Source of the DNA: Nageia nagi
Lineage: Eukaryota; Plantae; Pinophyta
NCBI GenBank assembly: GCA_050084985.1
Contig: JBITNC010000001.1
Span: 69,192,001-69,256,000 of the forward strand
Direction of reading: 5' to 3'
Length of the DNA: 64,000 nucleotides
Below the pieces are notes generated by a model. The model saw only the letters and a list, made by a program, of their open reading frames with translations. It was not told the DNA's origin and searched no databases. The position numbers and the translations under genes are program-made. This document shows positions 12,158 to 25,379 of this stretch, piece after piece (the stretch's first letter is position 1; each line of letters opens with the position of its first letter).

Positions 12158-12820
12158 TGTTAACACTAAAAAGGAATTTTAATATAATTAAAATACTTTT
12201 TATTTATTCAAAATTATTTATTTAATTTATTAAATAAATTCTATTTTCAATGTGTACTCTCATCTACCTTTATGTTTTGTGGTAACAAGTCGGCTAGATA
12301 TTACAATAAGCCTAAGGAGGATCCTTAGCACTAGACCTATTACTTATAAAGGTGGAGGGGTTATGAATGATCAAAGATATGACATGGCATGATATAATCC
12401 CAAATCCTTTATAGGTGTAAATATACTTATATCATTCTTGATTGGTGTTTCTTAACACCACCTATCATTTTTATATTTTGTTATACTCTAAGCTCTACAT
12501 TCCTATGATCTTTCATCTATTCATGAGAGAGATTCCATGCATCAAAGGTTGATGAAGATATCAAGAAAGAGGGAAAGGTATTATGGAATAGTAACTAAGT
12601 GGTGTTGTTGGGTTCCTAGTGCCAACATGGGGTTGAGATTGGATATCACCTTTGATCATCATCATAGGTAAAGTATAGGCTTGTATCTTTTGTAAATCCA
12701 ATTTTGATAGGTTAAGGTCAATTAGGTAATTCTAATCTTTCTTTTAATGCATTTGATGTTATTTCATGTTTATTGAATATTCTATAAATATCCATAATTA
12801 TTATTATTTTGGTTATAACA
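12158..12820 (+). repeat. 3' LTR of element A
   Basis: TGTTAACAC...GGTTATAACA, preceded by the PPT AAAGTGGGGCA. Confidence 0.9.
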
Positions 12821-12911
12821 CCTTACCCATTTATGCTTTAGCTTACTTCTTTCATGATATTTTTAATTATCCTAAGACTTTGGAGAAATAAGTCTTTCTA
12901 ATGTATATTTT

Positions 12912-14089
12912 TGTAAATGTTTCAAAATCCCTACACCTTAACTGTTGAAAATACCTATGAATGATTCATGGATATTGATACATTTTCATGTAATTTTCCT
13001 ATTTGAGTTATGAAAAAATGATAAAGATAGGGTTTAGAGTATGTATTTTGATGTTAAATGTTGCAAGAAGCTATCTATACTTGAAAGGAAGGAAAAAATG
13101 TTATGTAAGGCTTCAAATCATAAGACCTTGGGACCATGTGATCATTCAAGTGGGTTAAAACCCAACTAAATAATATTGTAAGCCTTCTTGTACTTACTCA
13201 AAAGGATACTATAAATTAATTATATGCCTATTTTGCAAGTATAATACTCAAACATGGACTATAGATAAAGCCTAAGTGAGAAAAATTGATAATGATATAA
13301 GATAATAATGATAATATATGATAAAAATGTTCGAGATCTAAGTATGTGTTAAGCTTTACCCAAAATGATCAAATGATGCAAATAAAAAAATTTACAAGAC
13401 TAAAAAAGATGAATATAAGGCCATAAATACTAAACAAACAACAAATATACCTCAAACCCTAAGGTTTAGACCTTAAAGGTCAAAACCTAGGTTGAAACCC
13501 TAGGTTTGAAAAGTAGCCTAGTTATTCCTATATTAAAAACTATAATAAATAAATAATATATTATAGGATACAAGTTTTCAATATGGATTTATTTAATATA
13601 TAAACCTATGATAACTCATGAAATCAAATATCAATATCACAAGATCTTTAATAAACCAAAAGATACTTGAATCCATGAAGCATGGAGAAACAATCCCAAG
13701 GCATAAAGATGGAGGCTTATAGCTTGATGTAATCCCTTGAATATGATGTAATAAACTCTAAATTAGATGCAAATAGTACTAAAATTACAAATCTCATGAA
13801 AATGAATATTATCAACTTGAAAAGTGAGCCTTAATTTCATTTTATAGATATCAAACAAGATTGTCTAAATGATTAGGGACCTGCAGGAACATTCAAATGA
13901 TTAGCCAATCATATGGATGACTAGAACTAAAGTGTTAGAAATGAATTAAAGGCTAAAATGATGTAGATCAAACCTAGGAAAAAATTTTCATAAAACATTA
14001 TATCAACATAATAATACATGATAGTATAAATATTTAAATATCAGTAAAACATCATCAACAAGGTAAAATGCAATTTTAGGGTGTTTATA
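12912..14089 (-). repeat. 3' LTR of element B
   Basis: Colinear homology with 37626-38781. Confidence 0.9.
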
Positions 14090-14479
14090 GTTTCCTCTTT
14101 TTGTGTTGAAATTCAAAACCTATGACAAGATAAGTACAAAAATATATTAAATGATAACTAATAATATAAAATTATGTTTATGTGAAAGCATAAAATAATT
14201 AGGATTATATCTAATTTTGGTGCATGATAGACCATATAAGATCACCCTGAGCATCTAACCCAAGTCTAGTTTCAAATGATGATAGGTCATATAATACTGA
14301 ATCAAATACCATGGAAATAAAATAAAGTTTGATTTCAACATATTATAGGCTATATAATATGAAGTTGGACCTCATGATAATTACCTAAGATAAAATTTGA
14401 TAAGTGAATCAAGTAGTTTGTAGAATAGGAAAGAAAAATTTTAATTTATCTAATCTAATCTAATCTAAGTGTGGAAAAG

Positions 14480-14880
14480 TATGTGATATCTACTTTGCCT
14501 TAGTAGTTGAAGGGTAACATTAAAGAAAATAATCTCTACTTTACCCTAGTAGTTAAAGGGTGTTTGAATCTACTTTTCCTCAAAAATCAAAGGGAAGGAT
14601 CATAGGCTTGCAAATGTACCAAGTGTTGGACCATAGAATGCAAGTATACAATGCTTGAATAAAGTGATAAATGATCTATCCTTTGTCCCAATAGTTGAAG
14701 GGAGATTATGATAGGATTCCATACCTACCAAGCATTGGATCATATCATGTAGGCATATGATTTTCATATCAATATGATAATGATATTTAGTTTGCCCTAT
14801 TAGTCAAAGGGTAGAATACTGTAAGCATGTAGACCTACAAAGCATTTAAACTATAGCATGGAGGCATACAATGTTTGAAA
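14480..14880. repeat. Degenerate tandem repeats with a CTTTGCCC..N..GAAGGG core in the 3' UTR of element B
   Basis: Five recurrences of TCTACTTT(G)CCCTAGTAGTT(G)AAGGG-like motifs. Confidence 0.65.
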
Positions 14881-16679
14881 AAAGTAATAAAGTAAAACAT
14901 GAAAATGTATGAGTATGTTGGTTACCAATTAATCAAGTTTGAACTAAGAGTAATCTAGTAAATGCTTTTGATAAATATTTGACCATGCATTCTAGGTCCC
15001 CCTAATAATGTCAAATTGTACCTATTAAGAATTTGTGAAATTTTGATCAATTTGAAATAGTATGTGAATCTCTCCCCCCCAAATGGTGAGGTGTGATGGA
15101 TGATAAGATATGATGCCTAACCATATAATTGAATGAGCCAAAAAATGATGATAACAACCTAAGGTTTACCAAGTGACATAAGGACATAGAAAATCATCCA
15201 AGAGATTATAGGGTATTCTAGGAAATAAGGATTTCATCAAATCATCCAAGTGACCCCAGGTCACCAAAATGATTTGATTAGTGTAGAAATGAAAACTAAA
15301 AAGATAAAATGTAGGGTTTCAACTATCATTCTAAAAATGACCCTAGTTGACCTAGAAGATTCTAAGCACTATGAATAATGGTGCATTAGTGATAGTGAAT
15401 GTGTGTTTGATAGGGATAGTAAATGAATTGGTAGTATGAGTAGGGAAAAGAATAGATGGTGACCACAACACCTAGACTTGATGATGGTAGACCTAATGAT
15501 GAGCCTCCAATAAAAAGGTAGGAATGAGAACATTTATTGTTATTTTTTGTATATTTGATCATTTTTTTAGTAAAAAAATAAATTTTAGTTGTAAAGATGA
15601 ATTGAGTGAATAAACAAGTTTAGACAATGGTTTGTAAAGTTGAAAAAAAACCAACATTACTATTAGTTTAGTATTCGCTAGGTTGCAAAGACATATGACT
15701 TAGGTTGTAGAATATCATAGATGAACTAGTTTGTAAATAAAACCTAGAGATAGGATTTTGTTTTTGTTAGTAAAATGAGACTCAAAAGGGCTAGGAAACA
15801 CATAATTTCAAAACCTAAAAAATTACACACAAAGTTGCCATCTTATTTTTGGGCTAAGCATATACTAAAATAAACTATGTTGTTAATATTATCATAACTA
15901 GTAATGGTAGATTGTAAATTAACCATCAGTAGTTATAGGATTAGAAAAAAACTTATAGCCTCAATATTGTAAAACCACATAATAGCAACTTAGTATAAAA
16001 TACACAGGGTTCCCCAACTAGGGTTTGAAGATAGAATAGAATGAGTTTTTAGAAAATAATGCAAAGCTCATGATACACAGAACCAAATATGTAAAAGAAA
16101 ATCAAAATGTAGGATAAACCTATACCCCTAGAGAACATAAAATGATAGAGAAAATTCCACATAACACAAAAAATTGGTCAAAACCACTAACTACTAACTT
16201 ACCTTAGTGTAAATGCAATAATGAATGATAAAAAAATATTTTTATTATATACTTGAATGCTTATGAAGTTATTTTTACCATCTTAAAGACATATGCTAAC
16301 TTTTTAGATAGAGATTTTCATTTTACAAAATGATAGACTGCAAATCATTCGGGTTCATGATGACCCAAGTTAGGTGTCATCTAGGACTTGAACGACTACA
16401 AGAAGCATCTAGGTGAATGGATTAGTCATCCATAGGTTGGATGACTAGTATTTCCCAATTTCCCATTTAGAGAATGATTTTTATTAAACTTAGAAAAATA
16501 AAAAATGCAAAAAATAAGACCAACATAAAAATAAAACATGTAATGTAGGTGAACTAAATTATTAACTTATATATTAAGATGATTGACATAGAACTAAAAA
16601 ATACATATGGATAACATGACTGATAAACTCAAAATTTATGCTAGATGAAAATTTGATATAATTATTTTCCATTGTGGAT

Positions 16680-17760
16680 TGATGTGTGAGGCATATTGAT
16701 TGAGGTAGACCAAGGTTGGCTAGAGGTAATTGGATTAGCCATACAACTGAGGATACTATCGATCATGGGAGATACCTCTTACATGATAGCATTCATGGAG
16801 AAATTTGACCCAAATTAATGCACATTATTTCTCCTAATGAGGGAGATGATGGTGACCTTAGAGGATGTATATCAAATTTTTAGAATCCTAATGGAGGGAG
16901 AGATGATCAATGTCATGATAGATAGTGTGGTGATTTACCCATACATGGGAAAGGGTTATAGATACCATGACCTTTGAAATGGAGGGCTTCTCATTGAGCC
17001 CCTCTATAAGGATGGTCATTTTGGATTATGAAAGACCATGGCCATGCTATTGATATCATCATTTCTCTTATTAGATTCCTTCAAATCATGCTTCCCTTAA
17101 AACATATTCAATATTATCACCTACTTGGTTAGATACTAGATAATGCTTGCATGGGGGCCAACACTACTAGCATAAACATTTAATGAGTTAATTATAGAAA
17201 ATCAAGGTAGATAAGGGGTTAGCATATCATTACTTATCTAGGTGTGGGATTATGAACATATTTAGCTAGGAAGGTTGAACTCATTATTAATGGTAGTGCA
17301 CACTGATGATCTGATAGGTGACATTAGAGATCCCCTATGTGAGGTGCTAGGAGTATGAGTTGGATTGATCAAGGAGGCATCCTTATGAGGAATGCATAGA
17401 TCAATATATATATATATGATAATGGGGCTATAGCCCAAGAAGTTATGTGGCAACCATACATTAGTGGGACATACTAGGAAAAGGAGAATGTGTAACTAGC
17501 ATAGACTAGGAGGACTTGGCATATTAGGGGGCAGCATGTGAGAGATGTGAAAATCCTCTTATTTGAGAGGGTAAAGAGATAATACATGATGATATAGGAC
17601 ATTCCCCTAGATCTCATTATATATGGGAGGATCAAAAAAGAGACCCTGATGAGGCCTCAAATTACATATATGGAGCCTAATGTAGATCAACATATACATA
17701 TAATATGGGTAGCAATGGATGATGTTGGGACTACCAAAGCCTATGATGCTTGGTAGGCCC
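16680..17760 (+). pseudogene. Plant Mobile Domain (PMD / aminotransferase-like) ORF remnant, antisense to element B
   Basis: Manual translation gives MIAFMEKFDPN*CTLFLLMREMMVTLEDVYQIFRIL, LAWGPTLLA*TFNEL, LLI*VWDYEHI and FERVKR*YMMI*DIP. These match the PMD motifs ERW..TFHLP.GEMTITLEDV, YAWG, LLQ.W.YEH and RVLRQFG..QDIP in order. Confidence 0.85.
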
Positions 17761-20059
17761 TTAGAGGGATAGGTTGCATAACTAGATCATAGTAGCATGA
17801 TAGGGCTTGAGACCCCTAGTGGACCTATGGGTGTTGGAGGGTAAAGAAAAACAAGGTACCATTGCAAAGGAAGGTAATGAGAAGGGTATCTTAGATGAAG
17901 GAATGTAGGATAAGGGCATGTCAGACATTCACATACCAAACTAGCCCGTACAAGAAGAGGACCCATAGAAGGTACTATAAAAGTATGAGGAACTATAATA
18001 GGGGGAGTAAGACATTGATTTTAGGACTCCTAAGTGGTATCCATAGGATATCCTAGAGCCAAGTTCAAGAATAGTAGTGCATAAGTGATTTGTTTAGTAT
18101 CAAGGAGAGATTGATGCACTCTAGTAGCATATGGATGTGATTTAGGTATAGCTATCAATAGATCAGGCATTTAGGATGGTGATCAAGGGAGAAATAGCTA
18201 TGGAATAGATGATGAGGGCCATAGTGGAGGGGTAGCTAGAAGGAGCCTAAGGCTAGGTAGAGGCCTTAATGGGAGATATGAGGACACTTCTCATAGTTTT
18301 CATCAATGTAGAAAGAGATAGGATGCATTGCAAGCATAAGTAAAGGGAGTACTAGGTGCGATGTAGATCTAATTAGATGAGTGAGAGTCTAGGGGATAAT
18401 AAATCTCATGACATAGACTAATTTTAGATTGATACGGATAGGGATAAGGACTTCATGCACCACATTGATAGGTACAATTTTAGGAACACCTAGCCCCTTT
18501 AGATAGCTAGACCTATAACAATACCTATGGAAGGCATTAAAAATATAGACAAAGAGGAGATAAGGGCATGTGCATGGTGGAACCAACTAGTCAAGGCAAT
18601 GTTAGTGCTACAAAATAACATATTGATTGAATATTTATAAATAATTAACTACAAACTAACAAATTTGAAAATGGATGTAGTTTTCCATGTTTAAAATTAC
18701 ATAACCAAGGCTAACTTTTTAGGGTACCAAATTTTGGGACCTTCATCCCTAAACCAAAATGGATAAAGAGGTGGTTATGAAATGACTTGAAATGGTATGA
18801 TATGACATGATATAACCTAATGAGGCACAATATAAATAATTTACAAGCTAAAGCCATAATGTGACATGGTATCATTTGCTAGGATGACTATGCACACATG
18901 TGCGAAGGGCCTACTTCAAACTTGAAATAAATGATTGAGATGTGACTTGATATGGATGATATAGGACTATCAGTATGAATGTGAACCAAGGGAAATAAGT
19001 CATTCACCAAATTTATATGGTTACATAAGTTTTTTAAAAGCCAAATGAAATGCAATTTTGAAAAAATAGTAAGAGTACATGATGAAAGGGACACAAATAA
19101 GACAAAGGCACAAAGCAATAATAAATATGACATCAAAATGACTTAATATGAAGTAACAAAGATCAAATTAGATAAAAATATATAGAACACCCATAAATTC
19201 TAAGGATGAATAATGTGGTATCAATGCATGCTCATCAATGTCACAAGTCATGACAATCTTGTATGGTTTTTTCCTTAGAAACCATGCTAGTCTATAGTCT
19301 ATTATCAATATCAAGGGAATGATTTTAAGGTAATATAATATTTTAAATAATATCTAAGTGTTTTTATGATCAATAGGAAACCATGGATCTTGTATAATGA
19401 TAAGTGGCATAAATGGACATACGAAAACATCATTGATAGAGACCTTGTGTGATCCATATGCAATAGTCCTGACACACCATGCAAAACAAATTATAGAAAG
19501 ATAAATGAAAGAAAGATATAATATTAATACAAATAATAACTTGGTCTATATATGTTATTTTGATACTAATTTCCACTCATGTTTAGGATTTTGCTTACTT
19601 AGTCATGGAACAAAGATAATATCAAACAATATTGACCTAGATGATGACTAAGAGTGGTCAAAAATAAAATGATAAATGCAAAGTGTAGACAAGTGATATG
19701 AAGATACATTGATGTAAGGAATGATCCATGATAGGGAGATGAGTGACTTGCAATTTATGTGTACCTAAAAAATATAGAATGAAACTAAAAAATAGAAAAC
19801 CATTTGAGTATTGACTCCCAATGTTAAGATAAAAAAGAAAATAAAGTGATGATACAAAGAAAGTGTACAAATCATAAGCAAATGAAATATATACATGTAA
19901 TACATCCATTATAACTTACTATAAAGTATATAAGAGACTAGATAAAGATGATATATGATAATAAATAAAGCAATGGTGAAAAAATGTTATGCAAGATAAA
20001 ATAACCTAAAATTGATAATCAAGTACAAACAAACAAACATGAATAAGGAAAAGACTAAG

Positions 20060-23000
20060 CATATAATGAATGAAGATGAATGATGTTAATAGGTTCAAGC
20101 TCTTCCCATACCTCTAAATGTGAAAAATGGTAAGTACCTATGTTGAATTTTCTCTTGAAAATGCAAAACCCTAACTAAGTTCATACAAACTTGTCTTGAA
20201 GAGGCTGCTCGAGGTATGATTGTTGTTGATTCTCTTTAACTATGAAGTCACCAATTTTGAACTCTCTAGGTATGACCTTCTTGTTTTACATATGATTCAA
20301 CAATTCTTGATATAATTCATGATGTTCAATGGTATTGACATGTCTCTCATCAATAAGGGTAAGTTGACCTAATCTAGCATGTCTATATTTCTTATCTAGA
20401 ATGAAGCCTTAAAGTTGAACTCTTAAATGTAGAATATCTAACTCACATGGCATGACTACTTTCATACCATATACTAGTAAAAAGGGATGGCCCCCATAGG
20501 TTTCCTAATATTGGTGTGGTAGGCCCATAAGGCATATGGGAGATAAACATACCAATTTCTATGATTATCATTAACCATTTTTTTAGGATTGTGATAATGA
20601 TTTTGTTGGATTCCTTTTCCTAACCATTAGCATGGGTCTAATAAGGTGTAGAGAATGAATGTTGAATATTATAACCATTACACAATGCTCTCACATGATT
20701 TTTGAAACAAATTCTATTATATGATATGATCTTGTGTGGAATGCCAAACCTACATATAATATTCATGTCAATGAAGTTGGCAATTTTAGGATCTATGGTG
20801 AACATAAGTGGCTCAACCTTGACCAACTTGGTAAAGTACTCTATCATGATGATAATGAATTTATGGCCACCTAAAGAGGGAGGTACAAACTACCCTACTA
20901 GATCAAAGCCCCATTGAGAAAAAAGCCATATGGACTAGATATGATTAAGTGTCTAACAAGGTAGATGCTACAAATGAGAATCTTGTTGATACCTAACAGA
21001 CTTCTTGATATATTCCTAATAATCTTGCTCCATGGTAGGCCAATAGTACCTCATTATGATAAAATTCTTGGCAATGATAATTATATTAAAGTACCCACCA
21101 CATATGTCATCATGACAAGTATGGATAGTAGTAAAATGATCACAAAGCTCAAAAGAATGTAAGAGGACTCCATCATATGACCTTTTGTATATGATATCTC
21201 CTAAGATGGCATAATGGAAATCCTTTTCCTTGAACATTGATTTTTCACTTGTAGACAAGTTAGGAGGTGTGGCATTCCACTTTAGATACCATGCAATTAT
21301 TTGTAGCATAGGTTGTGTGGCTTAACAATGATATCATTAACTAAATTCAAAGGAAGACTCTGAGGTAGAGGTACCTTAAGGGTAGTATCCTTTAAAATAA
21401 CTATCTCCATATGTTAAATGTGTCAATGAGGATTGTATGGAATAAATGACCTTAAGGATGCCATGGTGTTAGCAAACTTATTAGATGATCAAGGGGCTAC
21501 CTCAATTTTTTAATATTTGAACCATTTTAGTAACCTAAATACCATATCTTGATAATCATTGAGAAGCTTATTATGACACTTGTAGATGCCTATAATTTGA
21601 TTTACAACCAATTAAGAGTCTCCATAGATTAGAATTATTTCAAACTTAAACTCAATGGATGCCCTAAGTACTAAGATCAATGCCTCACATTTTGCATTTT
21701 TGTTGGTGCATGGAAAGTTGAGTTGAAAGAGAAAGGGATAGGGACCCCTTGGAGGATGAAAAAGACAACTTTGATCCCTTCCCCTTTTTGACATCTCAAC
21801 CCATCAAAGTACATAGTAATATCATATTCCTCTTAGGTATCCACCACTTCCTCTATCTCATCAATTTTGAATATATCCTCATTAGGGAGGGTGATCTTGA
21901 GAGGAGTAGTAGCCTAAATAGGTACCTCATCCAACTGATCTATTATGAATTGACCTTTGATTAAATTTTGGCTAATAAAAACTAAGTTAAAATATGATAA
22001 GAATATGATACATTTGGTGGTATGCATATTTTGGTATGATTTGAAATCATATACTTCAATGGATTTGCTCTAGAAATCATAAAAGTGGTGTGATTTGATA
22101 TGTAGTATTTGAGTTTCTTAGTTGTGAAGACTAATATAAGAAAAACCTTCTATATATATACATACCTAAGCTCATAGTCAACCAATGTATGACTAAGGTA
22201 ATAAATGGATTGCTCCTTGTCCTTCTCATTCTTTAGGTATAACATGAATCCTAATGTAAAATTAGTAGCCAAAAATATAAATGAAAGGGGACATTATCCT
22301 TTGGAGGAATAAGGACTAGTGGAGTAAGTAGATATTGCTTGATGTCATTAAAGGACTGGTGAAATCTCTCACTCTACTTGAAATGGATAGCCTTATTAAG
22401 GAGTTTGTTGAATGATTGAAACTTATCTAAAAATTGATCTATGACCAACTTAATGGATTGAATATTTTCTTAAAGGCTTCTTAAGGATTTGACATTATGA
22501 GGTGATGGCATGCTAGTGATGATAGCCACTTTCTTGGGGTCAACATCTATACCTCTCTTGGATATGATGAAACCTAAAAGCTTATCTAATTTGATACCAA
22601 AAACACACTTATTAGGATTTAATCTAATATTATGTTTTATAAATATCTCAAAGACTTTCTCCAATACTTTTGAATGTTGATCTCTAGTTCTAGACTTTGT
22701 TAACAAATCATCTACATAATCCTCCATAATATCATGCATCATGTCATGAAATACATAAGTCATGGCATGTTGATATGTGGCACCAACATTCTTTAGTACA
22801 CATGGCATGTTAATATATGACACCAACATTATTTAGTCCAAATGGCATGAATTTATAATAAAAAAATCCCTTATGGTGTAGTGAATGCAGTCTTATGTTG
22901 ATCCTAAGGAGCAACCCAAATTTTATTGTACAATGAGAAACCATCCATGAAAGATAACATCTTATACCTTTTCATGTTGTCAACCAAGGTGTCAATATTG

Positions 23001-24089
23001 AGAAAATAAAAATCATCCTTGGGATATGTCACATTGAGATCCCTAAACTTTGTGCATATCCTAATATGATATTTAGGCTTACTAACAAGAATCACATTAG
23101 ACACCCCTTGTAATTAATCCCTAGGAAATATGAATTTGGCATCTAAGAGATTCTAAAACTCATATTTGATTTAAAGTGATTGACATGGGTTGACCTATCT
23201 AGGCTTTTAATTAACTATATTTATATCTAAATGAGTGATGATATTATGGAATATAATGTTAGGATCCATTCTAGGCATATCCTAGTATCCAAAAGCAAAG
23301 ATATTGGCATAACTCTTAAGTATCATTATGGCTTTGGCTCTTTTTGAATCATCTAAGACATCCCCCAACTAGACTATCTTTAGATCGATAGGGTCCTTAT
23401 TGATATCGATATCAAATAACTTTCTCAAGTGCATATGATGCCCCTCTTCTAATTAATTAAATATGGGAAGGTATTCATAATCTTATTTTTCCATAATATT
23501 GATTAATAAAGATAGAATTGATGAATCAACTTCATCAAGGTAATCATGAGGAAAAGATGCATCACTCAAGATAAAAGGACCTAACAAATGAGAAAAGAAA
23601 TAGATAAAGGGCTAACAAAAAGTTTTGAGTTACAATCCATAAGAGGGATAAAATACTATGAACCATCAAGGAAAATCATAGAAACATTAAAGATAAGGTC
23701 ACATGAAAGGTTGTGGAAGAAATCATTTGAAATGGAATACTCCAAGGCATGAAGACTATATGGTGAAAATATATCTTGATATCATGCTCATCATTATGTT
23801 GCACCTCCTCCTCTAGAAAATTAAGATGCACAAATTATTCTTCTAGAAGTTTAATCTTAGGGCCATGAAACCCTAGACTGTGTTTACCTTGATCAGACTG
23901 GAAAGGAAAAATAAAAGCATGAACTTGTCCCTGCTCAAATTTGCCTAGAACATATCCTTTCCATTTACATTTAGCAAAGAGTTTACATACTAATTTAGGA
24001 CATGATAAATATTCAATTTTAGTGTAAAATATTTCCTTAAGATAATGCTTAAAAGGAATTTCCTGGGGTAATTCTATACCAAGGTAAAT
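20060..24089 (-). pseudogene. pol: Disrupted pol of element B (G-patch, RT, RNase H, aRH, integrase)
   Basis: ORF-track fragments: PKDDF..MLSFMDGFS; LKNVGATYQHAM..MEDYVDD; LNFPCTNKNAKCEAL (aRH); HDDICGGYF..YYWPTM; ICRFGIP (INT). Confidence 0.9.
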
Positions 24090-24690
24090 TTTAGACCTCA
24101 AATAATGCATAAATAATATAATTGATGCACTATTTTTCTACAATAATTTATTGAAGCATATATTAGAAATATTGAAACAATGAATAATAATAATCAATTT
24201 ACCTCATTGCAATCACATAAGCATCATGTAAAGAAATACCTTCATCAAAGATGAACATGCAATCATTTATATGCACACTACCAATGACTCATAAGTCCTA
24301 CATTGTTAGCTTTATGGAATACTTGGAATTATGAATGGAAATAAAACATGCAAGAGTAAGGTGAAGGGTTTAAAATATATATGAAGAGATGGTGTTATAA
24401 AACATTATTGTTAGTAGAATAGAGTGATATTGCATTTGCTGGAGTCTCTCTAGGATCTTTGATTCCCTCACATGATCCCTTTTTGAGTTACCTTTGATAT
24501 CTTCATATAGCAACATCCTTGTCTTCTTGGATTCGTTTTAGGCATTTTACCACTTCTTATGTTGTGCAATGGTCCATTACATTGATTACATAACCTTGGC
24601 TATCATTTTAACCCCTTTTTTATAATTAATATTCTTGATGCTATAAAATGAATTATTTAAATATTAATAATTCATTTTTAGGCATATACA
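24090..24690 (-). repeat. 3' LTR of element C
   Basis: Homologous to 31135-31731 and to the LTRs of element E. Confidence 0.9.
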
Positions 24691-24769
24691 TTTTGCCCCT
24701 ATTTGGAGGTGTGATTAAAGCAATGAAATTACATATCTAAAGAAGAATTTCAATAGAAAAATTTTAAGA

Positions 24770-25379
24770 ACTTTGAACTCTTTGTTACATTGTTAGTTGA
24801 TGTTGATGATGATGGCAAGGGTCCTTTTTTGCCCCCTTTTGGCTTAGATGCCCTAGGAAAGGTCCTTAAGTGGTGCAACCAAGACAAAATATGAGGAACT
24901 ATTTCTTTCTAGGTACTATGATGTTTTTTTTTCTAGAAGGAACTCTGCTATCATGTAGTCTTATGGTTCCATGTCTAATTTCTAAAATGAAATATGTCTT
25001 TTTGCCTCTTGACTATTCAACCATGAGTCTAGCCATTCCATTATGTCTGGGACTTAGGAATATATCACACTTATGTCCATGCCTTGAAATAGAGGAGGTT
25101 TTCTTTTATGCTATCAAAATTTTAATGAGCTACATGCCACAGGCGATGCAAGAATAGTGACCAAGCTGCTAATAGAGTTTTTTTGTTATATTTTCTTCTA
25201 TCCTTTGTAATGTAAATACCTAGAAAAGGTGTTAGATATATGTTGCATAAAAATATTATGGATACATAATGATTTGCATCATCCATTTATAATAAGTCAA
25301 TGTAAACAATCTACTTATGGTTACCTCATCAATTTATCTTTTAAGTACATGAACTCTCACTAGTTGTATCATTGGCCAT
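24770..25379 (-). pseudogene. Putative two-exon accessory ORF of element C (unknown product)
   Basis: In-frame ATG GCC at ~25379; decayed donor at 25318; CTAAC branch point and TTTTCTAG acceptor at 25220. Exon 2 stays in frame to ~24770 and is colinear with element E. Confidence 0.5.

Larger units (their letters stand above)
4043..12820 (+). mobile_element. Element A: ancient full-length Ty3/gypsy Tat-clade (Ogre/Retand-like) LTR retrotransposon
   Basis: Homologous LTRs at 4043-4771 and 12158-12820; PBS at 4774; PPT at 12145; domain order gag-PR-RT-RH-aRH-INT. No TSD is recognisable (AATAT vs CCTTA). Confidence 0.9.

Noticed and set aside
24870-25157. 95-aa plus-strand ORF in the 3' region of C as an antisense gene
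   Set aside because: It is not conserved as an ORF in E. The conserved register and splice signals are on the minus strand.
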